From Candidatus Aminicenantales bacterium (lineage in GTDB: Bacteria > Acidobacteriota > Aminicenantia > Aminicenantales > UBA4085): 53,392 nucleotides of DNA. The stretch lies in the NCBI GenBank assembly GCA_049515535.1, contig JBEKTZ010000005.1, positions 186,001 to 239,392 of the forward strand. The letters are read 5' to 3'. Position numbers and translations under genes: made by a program. Under the pieces are notes generated by a model. It saw only the letters and a program-made list of their open reading frames with translations, was not told the origin of the DNA and made no database searches. How positions within the stretch are numbered: the stretch's first letter is position 1; the number at the start of each line of letters is the position of its first letter. Below, in pieces: positions 52,568-53,392 of this stretch.

Positions 52568-52767
52568 AATAAAAAAATCCTCTCTCCGTATTACCGGCCT
52601 AAACCCGGCGGCTCTTGCAAGCGGCTTTCTATGGCCTATGAGGCCTTCGCAGAGGTCGCCGACCGCCAGGATCGCGGTGTTTTCGAAGAGGCCGAATTAA
52701 AGATTTGTCGAGAAATGTCAAAAACCCCCGCCCGCGGGCGGCGCCGATCTCCCGCTCTCCCGAAGTC

Positions 52768-52947
52768 TTAGAACAGGCTGTAAATGAACGGTCCGAGCGC
52801 CGTACTCTGGGAAAAGATCAGGACGAACCCGATGACGAAGAGGACGACGATGACCGGGATCAACCACCAGCGTTTATTCTGCCAGAAGAACTGGAACAAT
52901 TCTCCGACGATCCCCAGCTTCGAAAAGAAATTCTTGATCGCGCCCAT
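52768..52947 (-). CDS. DUF5989-like small membrane protein (59 aa, absent from the ORF track)
   Basis: MGAIKNFFSKLGIVGELFQFFWQNKRWWLIPVIVVLFVIGFVLIFSQSTALGPFIYSLF; KxWWLxP and PFIYxLF signatures; downstream of a carbamoyltransferase. Confidence 0.88.
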   Translation of the reverse strand: MGAIKNFFSKLGIVGELFQFFWQNKRWWLIPVIVVLFVIGFVLIFSQSTALGPFIYSLF

Positions 52948-52967
52948 GTTGACCTCGATCCCGTCTC

Positions 52968-53392
52968 CTATTTTCGAATCATGAAATTTTCAAGGACGAG
53001 CACGTCGATGCCGCTTTTGCTGAACGTGGAATAGGCGTCGGCCGGCGTCGCGACGATGGGTTCCCCTCTCAGGTTGAAGGACGTATTCAAAAGGACAGGG
53101 ACGCCCGTGGCCTGCCCGAATTTCTCGACGATCTTGTAATAGCGGGGGTTCCATTCCTCGCGGATCGTCTGGAGCCGGCCCGTCCCCATATGGTTGACGG
53201 CTCCGATCCGGTCCGCTCTTTCCTCCTTGAGGGGCAGAACGAGGAGCATATAGCGGGAGGGATACTGGCGGGCCGTGTTCCGGCCCTTGAAATATTCGTC
53301 CGTGTTCTGTTCCAGGATGACGGGCGCGAAAGGCCGGAAGGGCTCGCGAAATTTGATCTTGATATTGACGGTGTCCTTCATCATTTCACTTC
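52968..53392 (-). CDS. NodU/CmcH-family carbamoyltransferase, C-terminal part (truncated by window edge)
   Basis: IKFREPFRPFAP, GTGRLQT and LLNTSFNLRGEPIV motifs. Confidence 0.92.
   Translation of the reverse strand, partial: SEMMKDTVNIKIKFREPFRPFAPVILEQNTDEYFKGRNTARQYPSRYMLLVLPLKEERADRIGAVNHMGTGRLQTIREEWNPRYYKIVEKFGQATGVPVLLNTSFNLRGEPIVATPADAYSTFSKSGIDVLVLENFMIRK

Overview
High-GC bacterial chromosomal segment from a diderm (lptD, lpxD). Gene style suggests Ca. Aminicenantes/Acidobacteriota, but that is an inference. The left two-thirds is mostly housekeeping: dnaE (partial), birA, coaX, rnr, tRNA-Val, thrS-infC-rpmI-rplT-pheST-zapBA-rny-ymdB-xseAB-ispA-dxs-tlyA-nadK, trxAB, lpxD and a partial F0 ATP synthase cluster. 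The right third holds surface-glycan, protease and toxin-antitoxin genes. Highlights: (1) an arginine catabolic operon with carbamate kinase and ornithine carbamoyltransferase but no arginine deiminase, led by a P-loop protein of the arginine synthetase (ArcE)-like family and followed by an unannotated 709-aa protein with B3-like, winged-helix-like and acidic-tail features; (2) a free-standing SelB C-terminal (SECIS-binding) winged-helix protein with no GTPase domain; (3) a GDP-mannose 3,5-epimerase paired with an Fkp-type kinase/pyrophosphorylase, a possible GDP-L-galactose de novo plus salvage pair, coupled to the atp genes; (4) a modular 64/103-nt palindromic repeat in four loci, two of them translated as protein C-termini; (5) a pseudoknotted, multi-hairpin leader starting at the predicted TSS of a half-length, motif-degenerate glycogen synthase; (6) a 24-codon DegT/WbpE remnant beside an AbiE toxin-antitoxin pair. 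All family calls come from motif recognition by eye; no searches were run.
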